Under the pieces are notes generated by a model. It did not search any database. It was not told where the DNA came from and worked only from the letters and a program-made list of their open reading frames with translations. The position numbers were made by a program, and so were the translations under genes. A stretch of 64,000 nt of DNA, from assembly GCA_030390025.1 (NCBI GenBank), contig CM059432.1, positions 86,368,001-86,432,000 of the forward strand. Direction: 5' to 3'. Shown one piece after another: positions 1 through 12,182 of this stretch (its first letter is position 1; every line of letters starts with the position of its first letter). The stretch comes from Squalus acanthias. Its lineage: Eukaryota.

Positions 1-2026
1 TTTTTGTTTCTTCCCGCCCAAGAACACACTAGATTTCCTCCTCTACAAATAGTGTGATCCTCCTTCTCTCTTACACCACCAAGCACAATTATCTAGAACA
101 TACCATAACCCCACCCTGCATTCCCTCCTCTGAAGAGAAAGTGTGGACCTCTTTCTCCCCCCCCCCCCCCCCCCCCCCCCTCAAAGAGCACAAGCATGTG
201 AAGTGGCAAGAGTGCTCCCATTGCAGTACCTGTTACATAAGTAGATGGTGTTGTGATTTATGTAAAGTTGAATGCCAAAAATATATTGGGCTGGTATAAT
301 TGTTTAAATATCCATGTAACTACACACTCTGACCACTGAGTGGCACTGCTGCAATTTCCCTTTCAGGTTAAAAATTCAATGACCCTTTAAATTTTTTTCT
401 CTAAACTGATCATCATTCGGCCCTCTGGCATGGGTTTAAAAACAAACTCCAATGTTCTGGACTTTTGCGTGCCCTTTTTTTTTTTAACCTCTCGAGACTG
501 ATTGATAGACTCTTTTTGTTGGATGTCAAAGGATATGGATCGAAGGTGGGTCAATGGGAGTTGAGGTACAGATCAGCTAAAATCTGAGGAGCTGAATGGC
601 CTACTCCTGTTCCTATTGGAGAGATTTGGGGAAGAGGAAGAACAGACAGCTACAGATGAATGAAAGAAGGGGATTGGAAGAAAATCTTGACCAGCAAATA
701 ATCATGCCCCTAAATTTGTGCTCTAATATTTGCTAATTAGCAGAGCTGCTGAGGTGGGTGTACCTGCAAAATGACTTGAGCTTCAGTGTGCCAACTCAAT
801 TTAATATATTCTTTGAAAATTACAGTATCCAACAATTTTGGACAATCATAATTTTTGACAATTGGTGTAAAGTGATGCTATTTGTGTTCAGAAATCCATT
901 GTTGCCAGATAATTTCAAGATCTTTCAGTACCTTAACTTTGAACTTTTAGCATTTTCCTGATTACTTCTCCTTCAGTTATTTTAGCATCAAGTAGTTCTT
1001 CACAACCATTGAACAATGCAACTTTCATCCTGCCCCTCAACCCATATAACGTGCTTGAAGATGATTTTGTAGCTTCGTGACAATTTTACAAATCTGTTGT
1101 ATGCAGCCAATGAAGAAATCTCCAGTTATGTCCTTTTCATAACATGCCAGTGACATAACATGCCAATGGACCAGTTAAAGGTCTTTGTTTGTGGCAGTCT
1201 AAAACTTTCATGCAGTAGGGCAGGGAGCCATGGCACTTTGTCCTAATTTAGTCTTGGTATAGTTTTTTTCCTTTTTGCTGCTATCCAAAAGTTGTTTTCT
1301 TTTAAACAAAGGTACACATTTAATTTGGAAAATCTCAACACAAGAAATGCCATTTTTCCTTCCCTAGATGAAGCATCTAAAAATTTAGATAAATGGAGTT
1401 ACTTGTTTACATATGCTTTACTTGTAGGGAATTCTGCAAATTTAAATAGTTCTTGCTAAGCAAGAGTATTGTTTTTACGTAAGCTAATCGGATAAGTAAC
1501 TAGTCCAGGTTGGAGTGCAAATGAGTATATTCTAAATGATGTAAACAAATATTGTTCAAACTATTTTTTCACTATTACAGAACTGATGCTTTTCGACAGG
1601 GGGATCTTGAGGTTTTACTGTTTCTACTACACAAGTTGGCACTTTTTTGGGACCTAGAAAATATTCATTGGAAAGGAAATTTGAAGGGCTATGGCGAAAG
1701 CAGGGGAGTGGGACTAATTGGATAGGGACAAGAGTAGGCCATTTAACCCCTCAAGCCTGTTCACCATTTAATGAGGTCATGGCCGATTTGTGACCTAACT
1801 CCATGTACCCTTTATATAAAGAGAGCTCTTTCAAAAGAGCTGGTGCAGGCATGATGGAACACTGCCTATCATTCAGCTGGCATACCAGGGAATTGGTTAA
1901 CATGCCTGTCCCTAATCGGCATTCTCAGACTGGTATATACACATCCTCCTTCTTTCCACTGGCTCCCTTTATCCTTTTGGGATGATCTACATATCTGAAA
2001 GAAGCATTGACCCATGATGTGTGGCT

Positions 2027-2345
2027 TTAGCCAGTGGCTCAGTTGGTAGCACCCTTGCCTCTGCGTCAGACAGTTGTGGATTCAAGTCCTACTCCAGAGA
2101 CTTGAGCACAAAAATCTAGGCTGACAATGCAGTGAAGTACTGAGGGAGTGCTGCACTGTTGAACCAAGGCCTCATCTACTCTCTCTAAGGTGGACATAAG
2201 AAGATCATCTAGCACTAGCCGGGGCTGCTGTGTTTCCTACATATAACAGTGACTACACTTCAAAAAGTACTTAATTGTCTGTAAAACGCTTTGGGACATT
2301 GGTGGTGGTGAAAGGTGCTATATAAATGCAAGTCCTTTTTTTTTC
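2027..2345 (+). mobile_element. tRNA-headed SINE (SacSINE1/DeuSINE-like) with L2-type tail, internally deleted
   Basis: A-box TGGCTCAGTTGG, B-box-like GATTCAAGTCC, and 3' tail …gaaaggtgctatataaatgcaagt shared with the other copies. Confidence 0.8.
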
Positions 2346-3899
2346 CAGATTATATAAAGCAGTTTTGAATTTTTTAACCAATTTAGTTGGGTCTGCTCCA
2401 CTTCAAGGTACAAGTTTGTTCTGCTCACTGCCTCACAGGACTAGAGAATTCTGCACTGGATGGGCTCTGCAGGAACTGGTCCATTACACATTGTAAATTG
2501 TAACACAAATGGATTGTATTTCCCCTCTTGTCTAAAATTGTGTATGTGATCTGGGCAGCAGGAATTCTAATATCTTTCTTGCAAGCTGAGAAACTTTCTA
2601 TTCTTGATTCTAAACATTAACTGGTCCTGTGGATCCAGCAGAGAATCTATGAAGAAAAGGAGGATCTGATCTGATGCACTGCATTGAATGACTTTGCAGA
2701 AGCTGGTTTGATTTTGATTCTTAAAAGAATCAGCTTATGAAACACTTAATGATTCTTCCAATTTGAAATGGAAGATATTTGGTGTTCAGACCTTAACTGT
2801 AACCTTTTGTGTTCCAGCTGAACTTTAAGATCTTGCTTAATCAGTCATCACCTATTTCATGTGACAAACTTTTCAGCCATCTGCAGTGAATTTGGCTGGT
2901 AAATGCCCCAGATTTTCATGAAAGACTCTTGACAATAAATAATTTGTTGACCAACAGCTTCTGCCTGAGTATTTGAATCTTGTTCTGAGCAAGTTAATGT
3001 TGTTGTAATTGGTTAAGCGCAGTAAAATTGTGACCAGATTAGTTTAGCCATGTCTACAATGTAATGATGTTGATTGCTGTTCTGGCTTTTGATTGGCTAA
3101 ACCAGAAACCACTCTTCTGTTTTCATCTGAATTGGACACTTGAAACCAGGTTGAAGATGGCCATGGTAAAGGTTTTTCTTAATGAGCTGTAGAAAAGGCT
3201 TGGTGCAAAGAAAGTAAAATGGGGAAGAAGGAAAGAATTAAAGCTGAAAGAGATGGGAACTTTCCTGGATGTACTTCTCTTGCTAGGTACAGTTCCACAG
3301 ATGCTAGCAGCCCTCCTGTACCTCCCTTAACTGGCTATTCTTGTGTCTAAACTGATGAGCAGACAATTAAACCATGGAGGACATCACTGCCAAACTTGAT
3401 ACATGTCATACGTGGTTTCCAGTAAGGTTACTGGATATTGACCAGCGGTTTCCCTTCCTCGGTGCTACAGCCACAGTAATTCAGCTGCTCAAAATGTACT
3501 AACATTGCTTGGTCTGCATGGTTTTCATGCTACACAAGTGCTGTTTTTGTCCAGTAGGTTATTGGAAAGCTGTTTAAATACTTAGTTGCTGTAAGTGCCT
3601 GTTTTGGTAGCTTAGTCATTATTGTGATATAAAGCCACTAAAATAATTTTATAATTGTTTCAGTTTCACAGTGCAAGAGTTGACACCTTTTTTATATATT
3701 TAAAAAAAAAAGTGGAAATGTAGTTTCCCTGAATTTGCTGACATTGAGGGTTAAGTACCTGTTTATGCAGAAGCACATCCTGAGCTTCATACTGGGGCCA
3801 GGCCCATCCTATTTTGGGATGCTTACAGCCCAGTTATAAAACTGCATTTATTGTATTGTCATGAGTTTCACTTGGTTACTAATGTCTAGCATCGTTGTA

Positions 3900-6720
3900 G
3901 CCCAACACATGAGTGCAAAAGACAAGGCTGAAACGTTCACAACCATCTTCAGCCGGAAGTGCCGAGTGGATGATCCATTTCTGCCTCCTCCTGAGCTCCA
4001 CTCATCACAAAAGCTAGTCTTCAGCCAATTCGATTCACTCCATGTGATATCAAGAAACGGCTGAGCGCACTGGATACAGAAAAGGCTATGGGCCCTGACC
4101 ACATCCCGGCTATCGTACTGAAGACTTATGCTCCAGAACTAGCAGCGCCTCTAGCCAAGCTGTTCGGTACAGCTACAACACTGGCATCTACCTGACAATG
4201 TGGAAAACTGCCCAGGTATGTCCTGTCCACAAAGCAGGACAAATCCAATCTGGCCAATTAACACCCCATCTGTCTATGCTCCATCTGCAAAGGAAGGTGT
4301 CATTAACAGTGCTATTAAACGGCACTTACTTACCAATAACCTGCTCACTGGTGCTCAGTTTGGGTTCTGCCAGAACCAATTTTTTGCGAGGGAACAAGGA
4401 AGGTAGTGTGTTTGATGTAGTCTACATGGATTTTAGCAAGGCTTTTGACAGGGTCCCACATAGCAGACTGGTTAGAAAAGTAAAAGCCCATGGGATACAA
4501 AGGAAAGTGGCAAGTTGGATCCAAAAGTGCCTCAGTGGCAGGAAGCAAAGGGTAATGATTGACAGGTGTTTTTGTGACTGGAAGGCTGTTTCCAGTGGGG
4601 CTCCACAGGGCTCAGTACTAGGTCCCCTGCTTTTTTTAGTATATATCAGTGACTTAGACCTCAATGTAGGGAGCATGATTAATAAGTTTACAGATGATAC
4701 AAAGATTGGCCGTGGGGTTGATGGTGAGGAAGAAAGCTGTAGACTTGGGTATCAATGGACTGGCCAGGTGGGCAGAAAAGTGGCAAATAGAATTCAATCT
4801 GGAGAAGTGTGAGGTAATGCATTGGGGGAGGACTAACAAGGCAAGGGAATGCACAATAAATGGTAGGATGCTGAGGTGTAGAGGGACCTTGGAGTGCATA
4901 TCCACAGATCCCTGAAGGTAGCAGGACAGGTGGTTAAGGAGGTATACGGGATTTCGTTTATTAGCCAAGGCATAGAATATAAGTGCAGGGAGGTTATGCT
5001 TGAACTGTATAAAACACTAGTTAGGCCACAGCTAGAGTACTGCATACAGTTCTGGTCACCACATTACAGGGAGGATGTGATTGCACTAGAGAGGGTACAG
5101 AGGAGATTTACGAGGATGTTGCCAGGACTGGAGAATTTTAGTTATGAGGAAAGATTGGATAGGCTGGTGTTTTTTCTTTGGAACTGAGGAGACTTAATTG
5201 AGGGGCCTAGATAGGTCCTTCCTATCCATGCTATCTCTCTATCTCCCTTAGCAGGGAGGTCAATAACCAGGGGGCATAGATTTAAAGTAATTGGTAGATG
5301 GATTAGAGGAGAGTTGAGAACTTTTTTTTGCACCCAGAGGCTTTTGGAGGGGGTCTGGAACACACTGCCTGAAAGGGTGGTAGAGGTAGAAACCCTCATC
5401 ACATTTTAAAAAGTACTTGGATATGCACTTGAAGTGCTGTAACCTACAAGGCTATGGACCAAGAGCTGGAAAGTGGGATTAGGCTGGATAGCTCTTGGCT
5501 GGCACAGACACAATGGGCTGAACGGCCTCCTGTGCTGTAAAATTCTATGACCACTTCCCTCCAGACCTCCTTTACAGCCTTGGTCCAAGCATGGACAAAA
5601 GAATTGAATTCTAGAAGTGAGGTGAGCGTGACTGCCCTTGACATCAAGGCAGCATTTGTCAGTGTGGCATCAAGGAGCCCTAGTAAAATTGAAGTCCATG
5701 GGAAGTGGTTGGAAACTCTCCACTTGCTGGAGTCATACCTAGCACAAATGAAGATGGTTGTGGTTATTGGAGGCCAATCATCTCCGCCCCAGAACATTGC
5801 TGCAGGAGTTCCTCAGGGTAGTGTCCTAGGCACTACCATCTTCGGCTACTTCATTATAAGGTCAGCAGTGGGGATGTTCACTGTGCAATGTTCCGTTCCA
5901 TTCACAACTCCGATAATGAAGCAGTCTGTGCCCGCATGCAGCAAGACCTGGACAACATTCAGGCTCGGGCTGATGAGTGGCAAGTAGCATTCGTGCTGCA
6001 CCACACAAGTGCAAGGCAATGACCATCTCCAACAAGTAGGTCCAGCCACCTCCCCTTGACATTCAACGTAATTACCATCGTTGAATTCCCCCACCAGCAA
6101 CATCCTGGGGGTTACCATTGACCAGAAACTTAACTGGATCAACCACATAAATACTATGGTTGCAAGAGCAGGTCAGAGGCTGGGTATTCTGTGGTGTGTA
6201 ACTTCCTGACTCCCCAAAGCCTTTCCTCTTTTCAAGTGATGGAATACTCTCCACTTGCCTGGATGAGTGCAGCTCCAACAACACTGAAGAAGCTCAACAC
6301 TATCCAGGACAAAGCAGCCCGCTTGATTGGCACTCCCTCCACCATTGGCACACCGTGGCTGCAGTGTGTACCATCTACAAGATGCACTGCAGCAACTCAA
6401 CAAGGCTTCTTCAACAGCACCTCCCAAACCCACGACCTCTACCACCTAGAAGGATAAGGGCAGCAGGCGCATGGGAATGCCACCACCTTCAAGTCACACA
6501 CCATCCTGACTTGGAAATATATTGTTGTTCCTTCATCATCGCTGGGTCAAAATCTTGTAACTCCCTCCCTAATGGCTCTATGGGAGTACCTTCACCTCAT
6601 TGACTGCAACAGTTCAAGAAGGCAGCTCACCACCACCTTCTCTAGAGCAATTGGGGATGGGCAATAAATGCTGGCCTTACCAGTCACTCCCACATCCCAT
6701 GAACAAATTATTTTTAAAAA
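3900..6720 (+). mobile_element. 5'-truncated CR1-group LINE (family A), decayed RT, interrupted by a nested CR1
   Basis: RT fragments (WKTAQVCPVHK, ALDIKAAF, GVPQGSVLG, MEYSPLAW) with frameshifts. The 3' tail gggcaataaatgctggcc…cacatccca is also seen at ~18380-18430 and ~59560-59600. Confidence 0.9.
4379..5549 (+). mobile_element. CR1 LINE 3' fragment nested in the family-A LINE
   Basis: RT motifs YMDFSKAFDRVPH, PQGSVLGP, KFTDDTK and LEYCIQFWSP; CR1 tail ATTCTATG. Host sequence resumes after it, with ACCA on both sides (4375-4378, 5550-5553). Confidence 0.92.
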
Positions 6721-8310
6721 AGCAAGAGCTTTTAGCTTAAGAAAAAAAGATAGAAGTAAGTTTTCATCAACCCAGACGACCTTTCTATGGAATCGTAAGT
6801 TCATTGTGAAGCAGGGAGGCAGATCGTTTTTTTTTTTAGTTTACTAGAAACCATCTTAAAGTTAAAGGCTGTTGTATCTATCCCATTGTGATATAGTGGG
6901 CCAAAATAAAGCCTAGCCTTGTTTGACCTGATCTGAAGGGAAGCTACCTAGAGCAGCCTTTTCTATTCGAAAGCCTTTACTTTCTTCTCGCAGATCAGGG
7001 TGATAAACCTTGGCTTCCTTTTTAGTCTTTTAGGTTTTGAAATCTCTACTTACCGGACTTGTGCTACTTTGTTCTACTTGCACATGAATTTAAAGGAAAC
7101 TAATATTTTGAAGACTGCTGTACTCCTAAAAGGGTAGAGGTTTCTTGGGTTCTTGTCACGAAGATAGCTGAAGCCAGCCTCAACATTAACTGCAGCAGAG
7201 AAGGCTGCCACAGATTTAACAACTTCAGTCCTCTGGGAAGGGTAATATGCAGTGTATTTCCTGCAGGAAACCCATACCATTCTGGGATACCATCTGAAAT
7301 GCATTCCAGCTATTCCTTTGGTTCTGTCAGACCTGTTGCAGTATGTCGTTCATGTATACACTACCAAATTCAATTCTCCTCTTCCACTGCTGGTCAAGAA
7401 TAGAGGATAAAGTGTGTGGCTTTTTATATACAAGGAATGCCTGGGGGAATCTGGCAAAGCTCTTAATAGAACAATGTCCTAGTGTCTTTTCTTTGCAGAA
7501 TGATGGCAACTCCTATTTGTAAGTAGAATTAAGCTACATTCTATGAGGAAATCAACCATACAGGAAGTAATCTAATATTTGTAGTTACTTGACAACTACT
7601 GCTGGGAAGCCCACATTCCAGTGACAATGGACAAGGAAGAACATTGCTTCAACTTTCTGCTGTCAAGTCCATAAACAAATTTGTGTTTTTTACTAATATC
7701 CCGAATTAGGGATTTTAACAGTTTGCCCACAACTGGCATTAGACTGACTAGTCAATAGTTGCCTATGCTTTTTTTCTCATCTTGAACAAGGTTGTTGTCA
7801 GCAATTCTCCAGTCTTATGGCACAATTCTTATTTTTGAGGATTGAAAATTTGTGGCCAGAGCCTCCTTTTTTTGACTTCTTTCAATAGCCTAGGTTGTAT
7901 ACCAGTAGGGCCTTGTGACCTTGATCTAATTATTTCATCATAAATTCCTTTTCTACAGTTATTGCTAGCAATTGTTCCTAACCTCCTAGTGCACCTACAT
8001 TCTGCACTTGTAAAATCTGTGCAATACATTGATTATCTCTGCCGTGCCTTTGTCCTCTACTATTTAGACTCCATCCCTGCGTGGTCTTGCTCTCGTTCTA
8101 TATTACTTTTAAGTTTAAAAAAAAAAAAAGTCCTTGCTCTTTTTTTGTATCTGAGCCTTTTTCATATTCCCTTTTTGCCCATCTATCTTTTCACCTCCTT
8201 ACTACACTTTCTATATTCCTCATGATGATTTTTATTATTAGTCCTAACTTGTATGCCTCCTATCCACAGAAATCTATACTTTGATGCATCCCCTTTTTTT
8301 GCCATTTTCC

Positions 8311-8595
8311 ATCTTTCGGATGAGACGTTAAACCGAGGACCTGTCTGCCCCCTCAAGTGGACATAAAGTTCCTATGGCACTATTTCAAAGAAGAGCAGGG
8401 GAGTTATCCCTGGAGTTTATCCCTCAATCAACATCACTAAAAAAAAAACTGATTATCTGGTCATTATCACATTGTTTGTAGGAGCTTGCTGTGCACAAAT
8501 TGGCTGTTGCGTTTCCTACATTACAACAGTGACTACACTTCCAAAAGTACCTCTGGTGGTCGTGAAAGGCGCTATATAAATGAGTCTTTTTTTAA
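8311..8595 (+). mobile_element. 5'-truncated SacSINE1/DeuSINE-like SINE
   Basis: Colinear with the body and tail of the 17199-17630 copy. Confidence 0.8.
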
Positions 8596-9179
8596 TCTTT
8601 CAAAATCTCTATCTGATAACCTAAAAAAAAAAGTGTTGAGTAATTTTTGCCTCTAGATGTGCACCTATTTTGTGCATCTCCTATTTGAAGATTTCCCACT
8701 GTGCTAACTTTTTCTACCCAGGTAATTTGGAACTTCTTTCCTTGAACTTTGCTTTCACCCCCTCCTCCTCCTCCCCTCTTTTATATACACAGACACTCTC
8801 TCTTTTTAAAAAAAAAAAAAAAAAAAAATTCACTACTTTGCATTATCTTTGTTACAGTAAATCTTTGGATAGCTGAAATATTATTGCCATGTTCTTGCAT
8901 ATCTCAGAACTATCTGTGAACCAACCCCCCCCCCCCCCCCCCCCCACCCTATCTCCACTCCATTAATTAGTGGCCTTAAATGTACTATTTGCCATCCTAT
9001 TGGCTTGATCCATATGGATTCTGTCTTGACATCCCCTCCCCATGTCTCCTGAAAAGATTATAACAAGGAATATTAAGTTACCATTCCTGTCCAAACTTGA
9101 GGCATATCTCCTTCACATTCCGTCAGTTATTAATGGTTCTAACTCTCCAATTTATATGCATACCACTCTCATCTGACTG

Positions 9180-10650
9180 GAGGATTACATTTTGTCTACT
9201 GCCCCACCCTGAGTTTCTTTAGAGATCTTCCCTCAGCCTCTATACTGACTAACTCCTCATCTTCAGTGATTTTCAATCTCTATCTTGGCCTCTCTCCTGT
9301 CCTCCCCTAAACCTTGACCTCCATTTCTACCCATTTTCACAGCCACTCCATTAACCTTGCTGTGTGTGGTCTGTACTCCCACAGTCTCGATCACTGACCA
9401 GGCCATCCACAACAAATTCCTTTTGTCTGGCTCAAGGGGATGGGTAGACTTTACTACCTCCTTCTTTTCTCTTCCACCCCCGCAGCCACTTAACTGTATT
9501 TGCAAACTCCAAACTGTCTAGCCTATGGCCCTTCTTTCACCAAAATGCTCCTGCACTGTTGTTTTACACTCTCCCTCACCTCCACCTTTTTGTCCTTGTT
9601 CCCAGCAAAATCTCAACTCTCTTATCCTGGCATGGTCCCCATCTTCATGCCAAGTCCAAGGGGTACAGACTTGTGTATCTGGCACGCAACTGGCTTAACT
9701 TTCTAATCACTGATCTAGCTTTACCACATCAAGAACCATCAGGCTTCACTTTTATTTGTCAAGCTGCCCACTATTCCAGGGTCATCGCAGAGTGCAAAGA
9801 TAATCCCAGATTGCTTTTCTCCACTACCAACTATTTCCTTTAACCTTGCTCTTCTGTCCCCCTCCAACCAGTGTGAGGAGCCCATGGACAACTTTGTCAC
9901 CAAGATAGTCATCTGTTCAGCTGCCTCTTCTCTTGCTCATTCCTTCTTCCCCACCCCAGCATTACACTGAATTTATCTTGTCCATGAGACCTATCTCTTG
10001 CTTCCTTGGCCCCCATGATGGCTGACATTGTAATGGTTCCCTCGCCAAGTACTGTCCCCTTCCTTTTCAAAACCACTGTTGTCCCCCTTCAAATAAACCA
10101 TCCTTGATCCCTCTGTACTTGTAAACTAATGCCTAATCTCCAACCTCTGATTCCTTCAAAGTGTTTTCACCTCCCAAAACTGTGCTGAGTCTTTCCTGCA
10201 GCTCCCATGTTTGAATCTCTCCAGTCAGACTTGTGCCCCTGCCACACCATTGAAACAGCCCTACCTAAAGTCACCAAAACACCCATTACGACTGGTGCAT
10301 TGTCGCTTTTTGATTTATTTTCCAGCTTTTTACATGGTTGGCCATACCATCCTCCTCAATACCTCCTGTTGTCCAGCTCAATGGCACTGCCTTTGCCATT
10401 GGTTCCACTCTTGCCTATCCAATTGTCACCAGAGCATCTCCAACAATGCCTTCTCTTCCTGCCCCTGCATCCTCTGTAAACGTCAGCTCATCCAAAACTC
10501 TGCTACCCATATCTTGACCCACTCACCCATCAACCTTGTCCTCACTGACATTGGCTCCAGGTTGCCACAACGTGTCTCTCAATTTTCATTCTCATTCGTG
10601 GTTTTGTCTTTGTCTATCTCTAACCTCCACCAGCACTACATCCTTTTTTC
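9180..10650 (+). mobile_element. Old, heavily deleted L2 LINE remnant
   Basis: Peptide remnants AHYSRVIAECKDNPRLLFST, FESLQS…CHTIETAL and QLIQNSA match the L2 at 12183-14673. Confidence 0.8.
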
Positions 10651-10795
10651 TTTCTCCCTCCCCTCGCCACCCCCCCCTTTTGGCAGTTAGCTATACTACT
10701 ACTATAATGTAAACAAAATTGGAGAATCTGCTTTAATCTATTATAATGATTCTTTAAGGTGCTTTTATTGGCAGACTCATGCACATGCCAAGTTT

Positions 10796-11385
10796 TAGAA
10801 CGTAAGAATTAGGAGTAGGCCATATGGCCCCTCGAGCCTGCTCCGCCATTCAATAAGGTCATAGCTGATCTTCAACCTCAACTCCACCTTCCTGCACTAT
10901 CCCCATATCCCTTGCTTCCCCTAGAGTCCAAAAATCTATCTCTCTCAGCCTTGAATATACTCCATGACTCTGCATCAACAGCCCTTTGGGGTAGAGAATT
11001 CCAAAGATTCACAACCCTCTGAGTGAAGAAATTCCTCCTCATCTCAGTCTTAAATGGCCGACCCCTTATCCTGAGACTATGCCCCCTAGTTCCAGAGGGA
11101 AACAACCTCTCCGCATCTACCCTGTCAATCCCCCTCAGAATCTTGTATGTTTCAATGAGATCACCTCTCCTCCTTCTAAACCCCAGTGAGTATAGGCCCA
11201 GTCTACTCAACCCCCCCCCCCCCCCCCCCCCCTCCTAATAGGACAACCCTCATCCCAGGGATCAATCTAGTGAACCTTTGTTGCACTGCCTCTGAGGCAA
11301 GTATGTCCTTTCTCAGATAAGGAGACCAAAACTGTGCACAGTACTCCCAGGTGTGGTCTCACCAAAGCCCTGTACAATTGTAATA
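10796..11385 (-). mobile_element. CR1 LINE 3' fragment
   Basis: ORF 10878-11210 (RRRRGDLIETYKI…FFTQRVVNLWNSLP) is a typical CR1 ORF2 C-terminus, followed by the CR1 3' UTR and tail. Confidence 0.92.
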
Positions 11386-12182
11386 AGACACTTGTTTTTG
11401 TAATGCTCGAATTCTGGTTTTTTTTTCAAGTTGTGGTCAGAAGTGTTGGAATGCTCAAGATTTGAATTATGGCTTAGATTGTTCATGTAGATTGCTACTT
11501 TTATGTGTGGAGGGGTGGGGGTAGGATGCGTGTAATCTTTGGGAGGAAGAGCTAAAGTAACTTTGTCATGCAAGTAATACAATGATTAACATTATTGATG
11601 CATTATGTATTTTGCAAAAGAATAGTTGAGAAACTTTTGTTTAAAGTCTGTGGCCTTTGAAAGTGGTGCGAATGCACCTCCTTGCTTTAATTTTCAGGCC
11701 AAGGGCATATTTATTCACTCTATTGACCAATGGATATGAAATTCCTCAGTTGGGGTATGCACTTGCACAATTGGAAAGAAATGCCAATCTGCCATTGTAT
11801 GTTTTTCAAGCTCTTGTATGGCTGCTGTTGATCTTAAAGGAAGATGGCAAGGAAGCTACTTGCTGTGGGGTTTGGAGAGGTGTTGACAGACATGAATTGG
11901 GTCTCCAAGTTCTGAAATGGAATGCGGGCATGCTAGTGTCGTGTTGTACTAATCATAATAGAGTTCTCAAATTAAAAAAAACTCTGCCCAGAAAATAGCA
12001 AATGGAAAGTTGTTTATAAAAGATCCTTTGTTCAACTAAACAGCATCTGTTAAATCCTTCAACTGAGTATTTTGAATTTACTACAATTGAGTTTAATATA
12101 TTTATCTGAAGTGGCTTTGTAGATCATCTATAACAAACTGTATCCTTGGTACTAAAGTCAAAGGACTAAACCAATGTCGGCC

